NCBI GenBank assembly: GCA_965238175.1
Contig: CBDEGZ010000003.1
Location: 1,568,001-1,632,000, forward strand
Reading direction: 5' to 3'
Length of the DNA stretch: 64,000 nucleotides
From: Gammaproteobacteria bacterium
GTDB taxonomy: Bacteria; Pseudomonadota; Gammaproteobacteria; CAJXQU01
Shown here: one piece after another, positions 41,101 through 51,411 of the stretch
Numbering within the stretch: position 1 is the first letter of the stretch
Layout of the letters: every line of letters begins with the position of its first letter
Position numbers and translations under genes: made by a program
Notes under the pieces: model-generated
The model's database searches: none
What the model was told of the DNA's origin: nothing
The model's input: only the letters and a program-made list of their open reading frames with translations

Positions 41101-41200
41101 TATTATTATCGGAGGAATGGCTTCCTCAACAATTCTTAATTTGCTGATACTGCCTAGTATAATATTCCATTTTGGGCGTTTTAAATCTCAATATCTGTGA
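38111..41200 (+). CDS. RND permease, CusA/CzcA heavy-metal efflux family
   Basis: 1029 aa; LDIFPEF, GEVVDDAII and ERLPSILMTAL motifs. Confidence 0.92.
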   Translation: MLSILVRFSVRYYGIVIALTILLLVYGVYRLSNAGLDIFPEFSPKQVIIQTESAGYSTEQVEILVTQPIENVLSGLIGLKYLRSESIQGLSIVTATFEEDTDIYLNRQMVSERLSSVGASLPEGIGTPVPVPLASSSATVLTIGVRSDSLNMMDLRSIVDWTIVPQILSVNGVADVNVFGGEIKQLQIQILPEKLKQYGLGIQDVVEAATQSTAIKGAGFIENDNQRFTIQTSSDSARVEDIAKVVVKRENGFSITLSDVANVLIAPEPRIGAAAIMGKPAIVMMIIGQFGANTLNVSNAVEAVLEDLNLVLGQQDVTFYSHLFRPSDYIERSLDNIVEHLLIGGAFVLIVLFIFLFNIRTAFISALAIPLSLISAALVLLESGVNLNIMVLGGLAIALGEVVDDAIIDTENIFRRLRENKFATVPKPIADIVYEASMEVRGSVVYASFIVALVFVPLLTLGGVAGRLFSPLGVSYILAILTSLLVALTVTPALCYLLLGNSKLPDRDPPLIRLIHPVYDGFLRLTTRLPTLTIGIALLVCVAGIAIIPSLGSRFLPELREGHYIVHTTAMPGTSLEQAIKAGNRLTEAFLEIPGVRSVSQWAGRAERSADTYGSHYSEFEVDLEPLSGKEQQSVIDGLREVLKEFPGLLFEANTFLIERVDETISGYTSPIVINLYGTELGFLDQKAQAVMEIIRTIEGATDVQMRSPHGTPVLQVKLKHDRLSDLGIRPVEVMDAIQIAYEGRVVGKSYQGNQIIDVSVYIDTSLRQKPEDLRKLPLKTAEGAIFPLSEVATILQTDGRYNILHQGAQRIQTVTCNVHDRDFDSFMDELKSRVLTEIEFEAGAYPEFTGAAIEQAKAREDLILHSLVAGIGVLILIYMAVGRFRDVVIMLLNLPFSLVGGVVAVLLTGATLSVGSVVGFVTLFGITVRNSIMLVSHYRHLVEVEGREWNIETLIQGAKERLPSILMTALVTALAMLPIAIDSDNPGREIMGPMAAIIIGGMASSTILNLLILPSIIFHFGRFKSQYL

Positions 41201-41225
41201 TCTCTTTCAGATATAAAATTAGATA

Positions 41226-43496
41226 TTACGCGTTTTCAGATTCAGTAATGTCGATATCGATGACTAATTCATCGTCTTTTGCAGAGATGTGAACAGTTCC
41301 GCCATTTTCTAGCTTACCGAACAGTAATTCTTCAGCTAAAGGTTTTCTGATCTTGTCCTGGATCAGTCTTGCCATTGGGCGTGCACCCATGAGTTGATCA
41401 TGTCCATTGACTGCTAGCCATTGTCTAGCCTCATCATCTACATGTAGGTTGACGTTTTTATTATCAAGCTGTGTTTCAAGATCAACCAGAAATTTGTCCA
41501 CAACATGAATAATTGTCGATGGATCGAGTGGATCAAAATGCACGATTGAATCGAGACGATTTCTGAATTCGGGGGTAAAGATACGTTTGATATCTTCCAT
41601 AGAATCACTGGATTTGACCTGATTTGTGAAACCGATAGGAGAACGGTTTAGTTTGTCTGCGCCTGCATTGGTAGTCATTATAATAATCACATTACGAAAA
41701 TCAGATTTGCGACCATTGGTATCCGTTAAATTGCCATGATCCATGACTTGTAGCAATAAATTGAAAACGTCAGGATGTGCTTTTTCAATTTCATCCAGTA
41801 ACAATACGGCATGGGGTTGTTTGTTGATGGCCTCCGTTAGTAAACCACCTTGATCAAATCCTACATAGCCCGGAGGCGCACCGATTAGTCTTGAAACTGT
41901 GTGTCGTTCCATATATTCAGACATATCAAACCGGAGTAGATCAATTCCCATGATTTGGGAAAGTTGTTTACTGACTTCTGTCTTACCAACACCGGTTGGC
42001 CCGGCAAATAGGAAAGAACCAATTGGACGATCTTCGCGGCCGAGGCCTGAACGAGACATTTTGATCGCAGCTGATAATGTACCGATTGCTTTGTCTTGTC
42101 CAAAGACAACCATTTTCAGATCGCGTTCCAGATTCTTTAAAGTAGTTTTATCTGATGATGAAACTGTTTTTGAAGGAATTCGCGCAATCTTGGCGATCAT
42201 TTTTTCAATATCGACGACATCAATAACTTTTTTACGATCTTTTTCTGCCACCAAGCGTTGGCTTGCACCTGTTTCGTCAATAATATCGATAGCTTTGTCT
42301 GGCAAATGTCGATCATTAATATAGCGTACGGTAAGTTCTGCTGAAGCTTTTAGAGCTTTATTGGTATATTTAATCTCATGATGTTCTTCAAAACGTGATT
42401 TTAAACCTTTGAGTATCTCGTAAGTTTCATCTATAGAAGGTTCGTTTACATCAATTTTTTGGAAGCGGCGTGCAAGTGCGCGATCTTTCTCGAAGATTCC
42501 GCGATATTCCTGGTAAGTAGTCGAGCCAAGACATTTCATTTCACCTGAAGCAAGCATCGGTTTGATCAAGTTAGAGGCATCCATGACGCCGCCAGAGGCT
42601 GCTCCAGCACCAATAATAGTATGGATTTCATCAATAAATAAAACGGAGCCCGGTGTTTTCTTCAATTGAGAAAGAACGTTTTTCAAACGTTTCTCAAAAT
42701 CACCACGATATTTTGTTCCTGCGAGTAATGCACCTAGATCAAGTGAAAAGATAACGCATTCATTTAGTATTTCAGGAACTTCTTTATCAACAATCCGTTT
42801 AGCAAGTCCCTCAGCAATGGCGGTTTTACCTACGCCAGCTTCACCTACCAGTAAAGGGTTGTTTTTACGTCGGCGACAGAGAATTTGCACGGTTCTTTCG
42901 ACTTCGTGATTACGACCAATTAGTGGATCAATTTTGCCCTGACGAGCTTGTTCATTTAGATCTGTAGTGTAATTGCTTAGTGGATTATCATTTTGTTCAG
43001 GAGTCGTCTGATTTTCTTCAATTGAAGGAATTGGATCCTCAGTTTCAAGCGGCAATTCTTTAGGGTCCTTAGTGACGCCATGTGAGATAAAATTGACGAC
43101 ATCAAGACGAGTAATATTCTGCTTGTTGAGTAAATAGACAGCTCTGGACTCTCTTTCCCCAAAAATAGCGATCAAAACATTGGCGCCAGAGACTTCTTTT
43201 TTACCAGATGATTGGACGTGAAAAACAGCTCGTTGCAGTACTCGTTGGAAACCTAATGTTGGTTGAGTTTCTCGATCATCTCCTTCAGAAAGTAGAACGG
43301 CATTTTCTTTAACCAAACTATCAAGACTATCTCTAAGTTCATCTATTTTCGCACCACATGAACGTAACACATTTGATGCAGATGGGTTATCAATTAAAGT
43401 GAGTAGTAGGTGTTCAACGGTCATGAACTCATGTCGTTGCTCTCGAGCTTCTTTGAATGCGAGATTTAGTGTGGTTTCTAACTCTTTGTTTAACAC
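41226..43496 (-). CDS. clpA: ATP-dependent Clp protease ATPase subunit
   Basis: HEFMTVEHLL and two Walker A motifs (GEAGVGKT, GPTGVGKT). Confidence 0.98.
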   Translation of the reverse strand: MLNKELETTLNLAFKEAREQRHEFMTVEHLLLTLIDNPSASNVLRSCGAKIDELRDSLDSLVKENAVLLSEGDDRETQPTLGFQRVLQRAVFHVQSSGKKEVSGANVLIAIFGERESRAVYLLNKQNITRLDVVNFISHGVTKDPKELPLETEDPIPSIEENQTTPEQNDNPLSNYTTDLNEQARQGKIDPLIGRNHEVERTVQILCRRRKNNPLLVGEAGVGKTAIAEGLAKRIVDKEVPEILNECVIFSLDLGALLAGTKYRGDFEKRLKNVLSQLKKTPGSVLFIDEIHTIIGAGAASGGVMDASNLIKPMLASGEMKCLGSTTYQEYRGIFEKDRALARRFQKIDVNEPSIDETYEILKGLKSRFEEHHEIKYTNKALKASAELTVRYINDRHLPDKAIDIIDETGASQRLVAEKDRKKVIDVVDIEKMIAKIARIPSKTVSSSDKTTLKNLERDLKMVVFGQDKAIGTLSAAIKMSRSGLGREDRPIGSFLFAGPTGVGKTEVSKQLSQIMGIDLLRFDMSEYMERHTVSRLIGAPPGYVGFDQGGLLTEAINKQPHAVLLLDEIEKAHPDVFNLLLQVMDHGNLTDTNGRKSDFRNVIIIMTTNAGADKLNRSPIGFTNQVKSSDSMEDIKRIFTPEFRNRLDSIVHFDPLDPSTIIHVVDKFLVDLETQLDNKNVNLHVDDEARQWLAVNGHDQLMGARPMARLIQDKIRKPLAEELLFGKLENGGTVHISAKDDELVIDIDITESENA

Positions 43497-43605
43497 TTAT
43501 GTGTGACTCCATCATTGTGTACTGGCAAAACTTCCTTATACACAGAAGTAACGGCCGGTATGTGATTTTCCTTAAATCTTATAATCACCTTATATGCGAC
43601 AGGAT

Positions 43606-43926
43606 TCAAGCTTTTTCTGTAGTACATAGTAGTGGATGCTGATGTTCACGTGAATATTGGTTAACTTGATTGACTTTCGTCTCCGCAATTTCATAAGAAA
43701 ACGTGCCACATACCCCTTTTCCCTGAGTATGGATCTCTACCATGATCTGAGTCGCGGATTGTCTGTTCTTTGAGAAGAAACGTTCTAAAATTTGCACAAC
43801 AAAGTCCATAGGTGTGAAGTCATCGTTTATTAGTAATACCTTGTAATTAGGTGGCTCTTTGAGTTCCGGTTCAGCTTCTTGAATTTCAACATCACCATCT
43901 AAATCTTGTTCAAATTTATCAGACAT
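43606..43926 (-). CDS. clpS: Clp protease adaptor
   Basis: [10 protein letters not shown] and HPLLC motifs. Confidence 0.97.
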   Translation of the reverse strand: MSDKFEQDLDGDVEIQEAEPELKEPPNYKVLLINDDFTPMDFVVQILERFFSKNRQSATQIMVEIHTQGKGVCGTFSYEIAETKVNQVNQYSREHQHPLLCTTEKA

Positions 43927-44044
43927 AACTTTAGATTACATACCAAATGCTTATATAAATTAAGTGAAAATAATATTTGTATTAGGAGCAAATTACCACA
44001 GGGTCAAGATCATTATAAATTGAACTAATAGTTAAATCACTGAT

Positions 44045-44182
44045 CAGAACCATCTAGTGGCTTGTTGAGCATGCTCGTTCTATTGTTTTTGATAAGGCGA
44101 AAAAGAGGGCTTTTAATCTCCTTGCGGTGCCCATTTCATTTAGATAGTCATCTATGAGCCTTGAAGCTACAGGGTTTATAAC
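44045..44182 (-). pseudogene. Internal remnant of a tyrosine recombinase/resolvase
   Basis: INPVASRLIDDYLNEMG, then after a frameshift HRKEIKSPLFRLIKNNRTSMLNKPLD; resembles the segment between boxes I and II of plasmid-type integrases. Confidence 0.55.
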
Positions 44183-44221
44183 CAACAGTGTGAAAAGTTA
44201 CTCTAAGCTTGCCATCCAACT

Positions 44222-44644
44222 TCAATGTTCTATGGATTTTGTCCAGTCATCCAGGCTTAAATGATGCTTCAAATTATAAAATGCCTTGTCATTGGTGATT
44301 AATAAAGCGCCCACAGCAACAGAATGGGCTGCAATCAACATATCCATTGTGCCGAGGGGCTTGCCTTCATTTTCACAGGTTGTTCTTAATTGTGCATAGG
44401 TTTTCGCTGTATCAGAATCCCAGGGCAGGATTTCCACCCTTAACAAGAACTCTTTAACAGCAATAGGAAGATGCTTAGCTTCAGGTTTTCTGGCGACGCC
44501 TCGAAGCAACTCGGCTTCTGTTATCACGGAGATGCAGACATGGGCCATAGATACCTTGAGCAGATGCTCTCTTATAATTACCGGTTCACCTTTGATGATG
44601 TAACTGGCAGTATTGGTGTCAAGCATATAACGTTGATTTTCCAT
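44222..44644 (-). CDS. vapC: VapC PIN-domain toxin
   Basis: YMLDTN, TEAEL, MDMLIAAH and LITND motifs. Confidence 0.93.
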   Translation of the reverse strand: MENQRYMLDTNTASYIIKGEPVIIREHLLKVSMAHVCISVITEAELLRGVARKPEAKHLPIAVKEFLLRVEILPWDSDTAKTYAQLRTTCENEGKPLGTMDMLIAAHSVAVGALLITNDKAFYNLKHHLSLDDWTKSIEH

Positions 44645-44886
44645 TAGAACAGATCTTGATTCTTTGGAATTTCATTATCTCGCTCGGCCATGAAATCTTC
44701 TGGTATCTTGGTGGTTTCTGTCATGATGAAATAATCATCCCAGGAGCCTGGTTTCCTGGAGATGATTACATCACCCGTTTCTGGATCTTTACGAATATAA
44801 ACCTCGTCACAATCGAACCGATAGTTAACAGGTAGCCGAACAGCTTGGCTACGGCCATTCATAAATAACTTTGCTGTGCGTCTCAT
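44644..44886 (-). CDS. vapB: VapB/VagC AbrB-type antitoxin
   Basis: AKLFMNGRSQAVRLP; 1-bp overlap with vapC. Confidence 0.93.
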   Translation of the reverse strand: MRRTAKLFMNGRSQAVRLPVNYRFDCDEVYIRKDPETGDVIISRKPGSWDDYFIMTETTKIPEDFMAERDNEIPKNQDLF

Positions 44887-44971
44887 TAGTATCTCGCCTC
44901 ACATATGATATACCATAGTATATACTAAGATAAATAATATATCAAGATATATTAACTATGTCATGTTGGAG

Positions 44972-45149
44972 TATCCCCGTAATACTTGGAAATGCGTGTT
45001 TTAGACAACTTCAGGGATGGCGTCGTGCTAACGGCCCTTTACATGTGTAGGCAACGCTGCCGTGGATGAAAAGGGTGTGTAACGTGTATGGAAGTACAAA
45101 TACCGTGAGCGCATGGATGCGCAAGAGCAGTCTAAATATCACGGATATA
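44972..45149. repeat. ERIC-like MITE, copy 2 (degenerate)
   Basis: Ends TATCCCCGTAATACTTGGAAATGC and GCAGTCTAAATATCACGGATATA. Confidence 0.55.
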
Positions 45150-45303
45150 TACCTTAAATAGTAGACGTCAGGCCATGTACCTGAATTATGTTAGAGTTAA
45201 GATTGTAATCTATAAGGTAAGAGCATTTTATATTCCCTTAATAATCTCAGTCAGTAATTTTTCATCCATCAATGATCTTGCCCTCGAAACTACCGCCTGC
45301 TAT

Positions 45304-45332
45304 TTGACATGTGTCGTGTCGACAAGTATGGT
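45304..45332 (+). promoter_or_regulatory. Candidate sigma-70 promoter of aceA
   Basis: TTGACA-17 bp-TATGGT. Confidence 0.5.
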
Positions 45333-45506
45333 TTAGCGCCCGAATCTTGGGTGGTCAAAATAGAACAAAATATTTTTGGCCATAATAATATAAAGGAATC
45401 ATAATGTTGTAAGCGAATGGATCGTGCTTGCAATTTTCTGTCTTGAATTTGTTAATCATTAGGGCAGTCGCTATTTGTTAAATATAATTAAAATTGTGTA
45501 GAGGAA

Positions 45507-46835
45507 ATGAGAGTTATGGGATCAAGAGAAGACCAAATAAAGGCATTAGAAAAAGATTGGGCTGAAAACCCACGATGGGCTAATGTAAAACGTGACTACA
45601 GTGCTGAAGATGTAGTTCGTCTTCGTGGTAGTGTTCAACCTGAGCACACACTTGCGCGTAACGGTGCTGAAAAATTATGGAGCCTGGTTAATGGAGACTC
45701 AAAGAAAGGTTATGTAAATGCTTTTGGTGCGATTACTGCTGGTCAAGCTATGCAACAAGCTAAAGCGGGCCTGGAAGCGGTCTATCTGTCTGGTTGGCAG
45801 GTTGCAGCTGACGGTAACACTTCTGAAACAATGTACCCAGATCAATCATTGTATGCATATGATTCAGTTCCAACGATGGTTCGTAGAATCAACAATACAT
45901 TTCAACGTGCTGATGAAATCCAATGGAAAAACATTGCAGATGGCAAAGTGTCAGAAGAAGAAGCTATCGATTTTTTTCTGCCGATTGTTGCAGATGCAGA
46001 AGCTGGTTTCGGTGGTGTTCTAAATGCTTACGAATTAATGAAGAATATGATTTCAAGTGGTGCTGCTGCTGCTCACTTTGAAGATCAATTAGCTGCTGTG
46101 AAGAAATGTGGTCACATGGGTGGGAAAGTATTGGTTCCAACTCAAGAAGCTGTTCAAAAACTAGGTGCTGCACGTTTAGCTGCTGACGTTATGGGTGTTC
46201 CTTCGGTTATTTTGGCTCGTACAGATGCTGAAGCTGCAAACTTAATCACAAGTGATTTTGACGAAAATGATAAGCCTTTCATCACAGGTGAACGTACACC
46301 TGAAGGTTTTTACCGAGTTAAAAATGGTTTAGAGCAAGCCATTAGTCGTGGTGTAGCTTACGCACCTTATGCTGATTTAGTTTGGTGTGAAACAGGTGTG
46401 CCTGATATCGGGTTTGCACGTGAATTCGCAGAAGCTGTTCAAGCCGCTGTTCCTGGTCAGTTGATGTCTTACAATTGTTCTCCGTCTTTCAATTGGAAAA
46501 AGAATTTGAATGATTCACAAATTGCGAGTTTCCAAGAAGACTTGTCTGCTTTGGGTTACAAATTCCAATTCATTACTTTGGCTGGTATTCACTTGAACTG
46601 GTACCGTACTTTTGACTTCGCACATAACTATGCACAAGGCGAAGGCATGAAGCATTATACAGAAATGGTTCAAGAGCCAGAATTTGAATCACGTGAGCGT
46701 GGTTATACATTCGTATCACATCAACAAGAAGTAGGTGCGGGTTATTTCGATGATGTAACCACTGTTATTCAAGGTGGCGCATCTTCAGTAACAGCATTGA
46801 CTGGTTCTACAGAAGAAGCCCAGTTTGATAAATAA
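45507..46835 (+). CDS. aceA: Isocitrate lyase
   Basis: [19 protein letters not shown] and YNCSPSFNW motifs; alternative start at 45516. Confidence 0.98.
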   Translation: MRVMGSREDQIKALEKDWAENPRWANVKRDYSAEDVVRLRGSVQPEHTLARNGAEKLWSLVNGDSKKGYVNAFGAITAGQAMQQAKAGLEAVYLSGWQVAADGNTSETMYPDQSLYAYDSVPTMVRRINNTFQRADEIQWKNIADGKVSEEEAIDFFLPIVADAEAGFGGVLNAYELMKNMISSGAAAAHFEDQLAAVKKCGHMGGKVLVPTQEAVQKLGAARLAADVMGVPSVILARTDAEAANLITSDFDENDKPFITGERTPEGFYRVKNGLEQAISRGVAYAPYADLVWCETGVPDIGFAREFAEAVQAAVPGQLMSYNCSPSFNWKKNLNDSQIASFQEDLSALGYKFQFITLAGIHLNWYRTFDFAHNYAQGEGMKHYTEMVQEPEFESRERGYTFVSHQQEVGAGYFDDVTTVIQGGASSVTALTGSTEEAQFDK

Positions 46836-46880
46836 TATCGAGCAATAGTTATTTATTGACTTGTTTTTGATTAAAATAGG

Positions 46881-46916
46881 AAAACGGGACTCAATGAATG
46901 AGTCCCGTTTTTTTTT
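46881..46916. terminator. Bidirectional intrinsic terminator
   Basis: AAAACGGGACTCA-atgaa-TGAGTCCCG followed by a T tract. Confidence 0.88.
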
Positions 46917-46925
46917 GCGTGTGAT

Positions 46926-47183
46926 TTACTTAACAATTACTAAATCACGATTTACTTCAATTGTTTTCTCACCAATACCTTTCACAAGCACCAAATCATC
47001 AACAGATTTGAATGCACCATGATCATTGCGATAAGCCACGATTGCAGCGGCTTTCGCCTCACCAACACCTTTCATTGTGACGGCGATAGTTGCCGCATCA
47101 GCAATGTTGATATCGATTTGATCTGCTGCAAAGGTAAGTGATGATAGAGTTAGTAATAGAACAGCAATAAACTGTTTAAGCAT
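46926..47183 (-). CDS. comEA: ComEA family helix-hairpin-helix DNA-binding protein
   Basis: Signal peptide; KGVGEAKA..IVAYR and VKGIGEKT motifs. Confidence 0.9.
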   Translation of the reverse strand: MLKQFIAVLLLTLSSLTFAADQIDINIADAATIAVTMKGVGEAKAAAIVAYRNDHGAFKSVDDLVLVKGIGEKTIEVNRDLVIVK

Positions 47184-47416
47184 GTGAAACCTCCATGTAT
47201 ATATTTAAAGTTATTATTTATAGTCGATTATTGACACTTAGGCCAAAAATAGCGACGTATTCAGGCTACAGCAGCTGATAGTCTGAAATCAATTTTGATC
47301 AGAAAGATGTATCAATTCATTGCAGTTGGACTATACAAAGATATGTCACTACTTTACAAATGACGGCTATCAAACAAGTTGATTTGTGTTTAGTCTAGCC
47401 GCACTTAAAAACTATT

Positions 47417-47815
47417 TTGATAGAAATGATATTACGACCGATTAATCAAACAACTTACCAGATACTGACAATAGCTTGGTTAGCGGTGATTGCCATTTTT
47501 TCAAGTATTCCTAATCTAAAAACCAGTGCGGTAATTCCCCAGTCTGACAAATACCTGCATATTATCGTTTTTGCTGTTCTTGCTTATTTGTTGGCAGGAT
47601 CGGCCGGTAAGTTTATTAAGAAATATAATGTCGTGTTTCCAATCTTATTGATCACTACACTAGCAGTCTTATTTGGTTTTCTAGATGAATGGCATCAATC
47701 CACTGTTGTTGGCCGTGTATCAAGTGGCTGGGATATATTGGCTGATGGAGTAGGTGGCTTAATTGGAGTGATCGCCTATTTGTTTATTCATAAAACGGAA
47801 ACAGATTTTGGTTAA
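47417..47815 (+). CDS. VanZ family membrane protein
   Basis: SDKYLH, DEWHQ..V.GR and DILAD motifs. Confidence 0.85.
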   Translation: MIEMILRPINQTTYQILTIAWLAVIAIFSSIPNLKTSAVIPQSDKYLHIIVFAVLAYLLAGSAGKFIKKYNVVFPILLITTLAVLFGFLDEWHQSTVVGRVSSGWDILADGVGGLIGVIAYLFIHKTETDFG

Positions 47816-47820
47816 TATTA

Positions 47821-48004
47821 TATACCCGGACGATTGCATGGCAGGAGGTAGAATGCTGTCTGGAACAAGCATCGAGGGCGAGTCCAAGCGTCTACGCAAT
47901 GGCGTTAGCGCATGAAAATGGAACCACCACTCTCGGCGTACGCTGCCTTGCTGTGTAGACGCTTGGACTCGCTGAAATCTGCAATTCCAAGTAGCACGGG
48001 TATA
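47821..48004. repeat. ERIC-like MITE, copy 3
   Basis: TATACCCG...CTGCAATTCCAAGTAGCACGGGTATA, with internal inverted repeat GCGAGTCCAAGCGTCTAC / GTAGACGCTTGGACTCGC. Confidence 0.75.
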
Positions 48005-48044
48005 TAGATTTGCGGATTAAATTGAGTTTCTTAGAGGAAAGAAA

Positions 48045-49353
48045 ATGAATGTAGTGATGATAGGATCTGGGTATGTTGGTCTGGTTTCGGGGACATGTTT
48101 TGCAGAGTTCGGTGTAAATGTCACCTGTGTCGATGTCGATGAAAATAAGATCGCTCGTCTAGAAGAAGGCGAAATTCCAATTTATGAGCCTGGTTTAAGT
48201 GACTTGGTGAAGAAAAATGTCGAAGATGGTCGCTTACATTTTTCAACGGAACTTAAAGATAATGTAGGTAATGCTGATCTAATATTTATTGCTGTTGGTA
48301 CACCGACACGCCGTGGAGATGGTCATGCAGATCTAAAATATGTCTACAGTGCGGCTGAAGATATCGCAAAGTATCTGCAGGGTTACACTGTCATAGTCGA
48401 TAAATCTACGGTTCCTGTGGGCACTGCAAGGAATGTTGAACGCGTTATTCGTGCAACAAATCCTGAAGCAGACTTTGACGTAGCATCGAATCCGGAATTT
48501 TTACGCGAAGGTGCGGCAATTTCAGATTTTATGCGACCTGACCGAGTGGTAATTGGTGTTGAAAGTGATCGTGCAGAAGCATTATTAAGAGAACTTTACC
48601 GCCCGATCAATTTGATTGAAGCTCCTATCATGAAGACTGATCTAGAAAGTGCAGAATTGATCAAATACGCATCAAACGCGTTTCTTGCCACCAAGATTAG
48701 TTTTATCAATGAAATGTCGATGCTCTGTGAAGCGATTGGGGCAGATGTTCATGCCGTCGCAAAAGGGATGGGGTTAGATGGGCGAATTGGTAGAAAAATT
48801 TTTACATGCAGGGCCTGGCTATGGCGGATCATGTTTTCCAAAGGATACCCAAGCTCTTGTAAGAATTGCTCAAGAACATGGCGTTTCTTCACGTATAGTT
48901 GAAACTGTTATCGAAGTTAATGCTGCTCAAAAAGCGAGAATGATCAAAAAAATAAGAACTGCATTAGGCGGTAATGAAGCAGGAAAAACAATTGCAGTGT
49001 TTGGTCTTACATTCAAACCTGAAACAGATGACATGCGTGATTCACCTGCGCTTTCTATTCTGCCAACATTAATCGAAAAGGGTGCCATGATAAAAGCTCA
49101 TGATCCAAAAGGGATCGAAGAAGCAAAGCATCTACTGCCCAAACAAGTCATATACTGTGAAGAACCGATGGATGCAATCAAAGGTGCTGATGCAATTGTC
49201 CTAATGACAGAATGGAATGTATATCGTGGATTGAATCTTGAGAAATTACGAGAACAAATGAAGGGCAATGTATTCGTTGATCTGAGAAATGTATACGAAG
49301 CAGAACAGATGAAAAAAGCAGGGTTTGATTACCATTGTGTTGGGCGAGCATAA
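48045..49353 (+). pseudogene. ugd: UDP-glucose 6-dehydrogenase split by a +1 frameshift (or sequencing error)
   Basis: GSGYVG...SNPEFLREG in ORF 48045-48902 and GYGGSCFPKD in ORF 48778-49353. One extra base in the A5T5 run at 48794-48803. Confidence 0.88.
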
Positions 49354-49548
49354 GTCCAACTTTTTCATGAACCAATTCATATCGATGAGTTAATTATCAA
49401 TCCGTAACATCACAAGCCTATACACCAATATAACCAGCAAGTACTCTAGATAGAGTTAGGGGAGATGTGTTTTTAAGTATTGTAGATGCTATCAAAAATC
49501 CTCAGTTTTGTGAGTGGAATCATCTTGTTGAAGGAAAAGGAACAATCA

Positions 49549-49740
49549 TTGAATAAACTGATTGATCTCTACTACTCGTCCAAACTTCATGAAAATTGCT
49601 TTCAATTATATGTGAATTAAAAAAACATACGGAGTCGTTTCGTTATAAGCTTGTTTATACAGGCTAACATTACGGTGTAATTAATGAGTGCTGTTTTTTT
49701 GAAGAATTAGAAATACCAAAACTTGATTTATGGGATGGAT
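49549..49740 (+). pseudogene. wecB: 5' remnant of UDP-GlcNAc 2-epimerase
   Basis: Broken frames give TRPNFMKIA, KLVYTG*HY and FFEELEIPK.D, the WecB N-terminal signatures RPNFMK and TGQHY. Confidence 0.7.
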
Positions 49741-49806
49741 ACCCTTTGTTATATAAAGTGTCATAGTATTTTTTGATGAAAGATATAGTTTATTTGAAGG
49801 AACTAA

Positions 49807-51390
49807 ATGATGAGTAAAAAGAAACTAATAGGTAACCTTATTACGTTAGCGATTATTTCAACATGCTTATTTTGCGAAAAGACAATGGCCCTGACATATT
49901 ATGTATCCTGTGATACTGGTGATAATGGTAATGGTGGGTTGTCTGAAATAGATGCATGGCGATCGCCAGAAGCATTAACAAAGAATTATTTTATTGATGG
50001 TGATGAGATATTATTCAAACGAGGATGTAAGTGGGAAAATGTTTCGATAAAAATCAAAAAATCTTTGATTTTTGATTCTTATGGAGACGAAAAATCGTTG
50101 CCTGAGTTGAGTGCTGGTCGTTATATAAAGACTTGGCAAAAAAATAATCAAACAAAAATTTATTATACAACGCTTCAGATGGAGCAGGATGTGCCGGCTA
50201 GTAAAGACATATATATTGTTTATGATGAAATCAATAATACTTTTTATACAAAGGCTGGTTCGATAAGTGAATTAAATAAACCTGGAACATTTTATTATGA
50301 TATAGATAATCTCCTGATATATGTTTACCCAAATGAGAACTTAAATGTAAAGAGCGATCTGATGGTATCTAGCAAGCATACGATTTTTGAAATACAACAA
50401 AATAGTATTGAACATTTATCAATAAAAAATCTACATCTATCATTTGCAAACCTATATGCTATTGGATTTTTTTATCAAAGTTCAGGTACGAAAAACGGTA
50501 GTTTGGATATTGAAAATAATTATTTCTTTGGAAACGCGTATCAAGCTCTACATGTTGCAGGAACGAATTCATTTATTGATATTGAATTTTCTAATAACAC
50601 AATTACTGCGAATGGAAATGAGGCGGTTTATATAGGTTTCATAAAAGGAAACATAGAGGGAGTTATTGTTCATAATCAATTAAGAATTGTGGGAAATACC
50701 ATTGGTGGTAATGATTATGGATGGCGATCATTGGGTAATCAATCAGCAGCTAACGGAGATGGTCTAGATATTAAACGAGGAGTTAATTCAGTTGTCATAG
50801 AAAATAATACTATCTCTGATATTCAGGGAAATCATGGAATACTTACGCAATCCTCAAATGCAATTATTCGAGCAAATAATATTACTAATGTAAGAATGGA
50901 GCGTGCAGATTTTGAGACTAGTATTAGTGGAATTATAGTCGATGCTTATGATAAATATGGAACTACTATTGTTACTAATAACTCCATTAATCTAGAACAG
51001 GCAAATGGTATAGTTATTAGAGGGCACGCGCAATTAAAACCGAAAACAATTATCTTTGGAAATGATATTACTGTGAGTGGTAGTTATTTTCCAATTGCAT
51101 TTACATCTCAAAATATTACCAATACAAATATTACTAACAATATTATAAAAGGAGGTAAAGCAAGTGTGCTAATTATGCGGGCTTGTTGTACACCCTCGGA
51201 AGTTACGATCCAGGATAATCAGATACGAAATGTCAAGCAAATAATCATTTCTAAACAGGAAAAATTATCAGGAATTAAGTTTGATACTAACGTTATCTGT
51301 ATCAAAAATGCTTATAAGCCTGAAGAAGTTCACAATCGAGCATTAGAAAAACAATTTGCACAGCGCAATGTTGTTACTGAGTGCTATTAA
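49807..51390 (+). CDS. Secreted right-handed parallel beta-helix protein
   Basis: Signal peptide, TYYVS..TGD, GDEILFKRG and many I.NN.I repeats. Confidence 0.8.
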   Translation: MMSKKKLIGNLITLAIISTCLFCEKTMALTYYVSCDTGDNGNGGLSEIDAWRSPEALTKNYFIDGDEILFKRGCKWENVSIKIKKSLIFDSYGDEKSLPELSAGRYIKTWQKNNQTKIYYTTLQMEQDVPASKDIYIVYDEINNTFYTKAGSISELNKPGTFYYDIDNLLIYVYPNENLNVKSDLMVSSKHTIFEIQQNSIEHLSIKNLHLSFANLYAIGFFYQSSGTKNGSLDIENNYFFGNAYQALHVAGTNSFIDIEFSNNTITANGNEAVYIGFIKGNIEGVIVHNQLRIVGNTIGGNDYGWRSLGNQSAANGDGLDIKRGVNSVVIENNTISDIQGNHGILTQSSNAIIRANNITNVRMERADFETSISGIIVDAYDKYGTTIVTNNSINLEQANGIVIRGHAQLKPKTIIFGNDITVSGSYFPIAFTSQNITNTNITNNIIKGGKASVLIMRACCTPSEVTIQDNQIRNVKQIIISKQEKLSGIKFDTNVICIKNAYKPEEVHNRALEKQFAQRNVVTECY

Positions 51391-51411
51391 ATATTTTGGA
51401 TTAATTGATTT

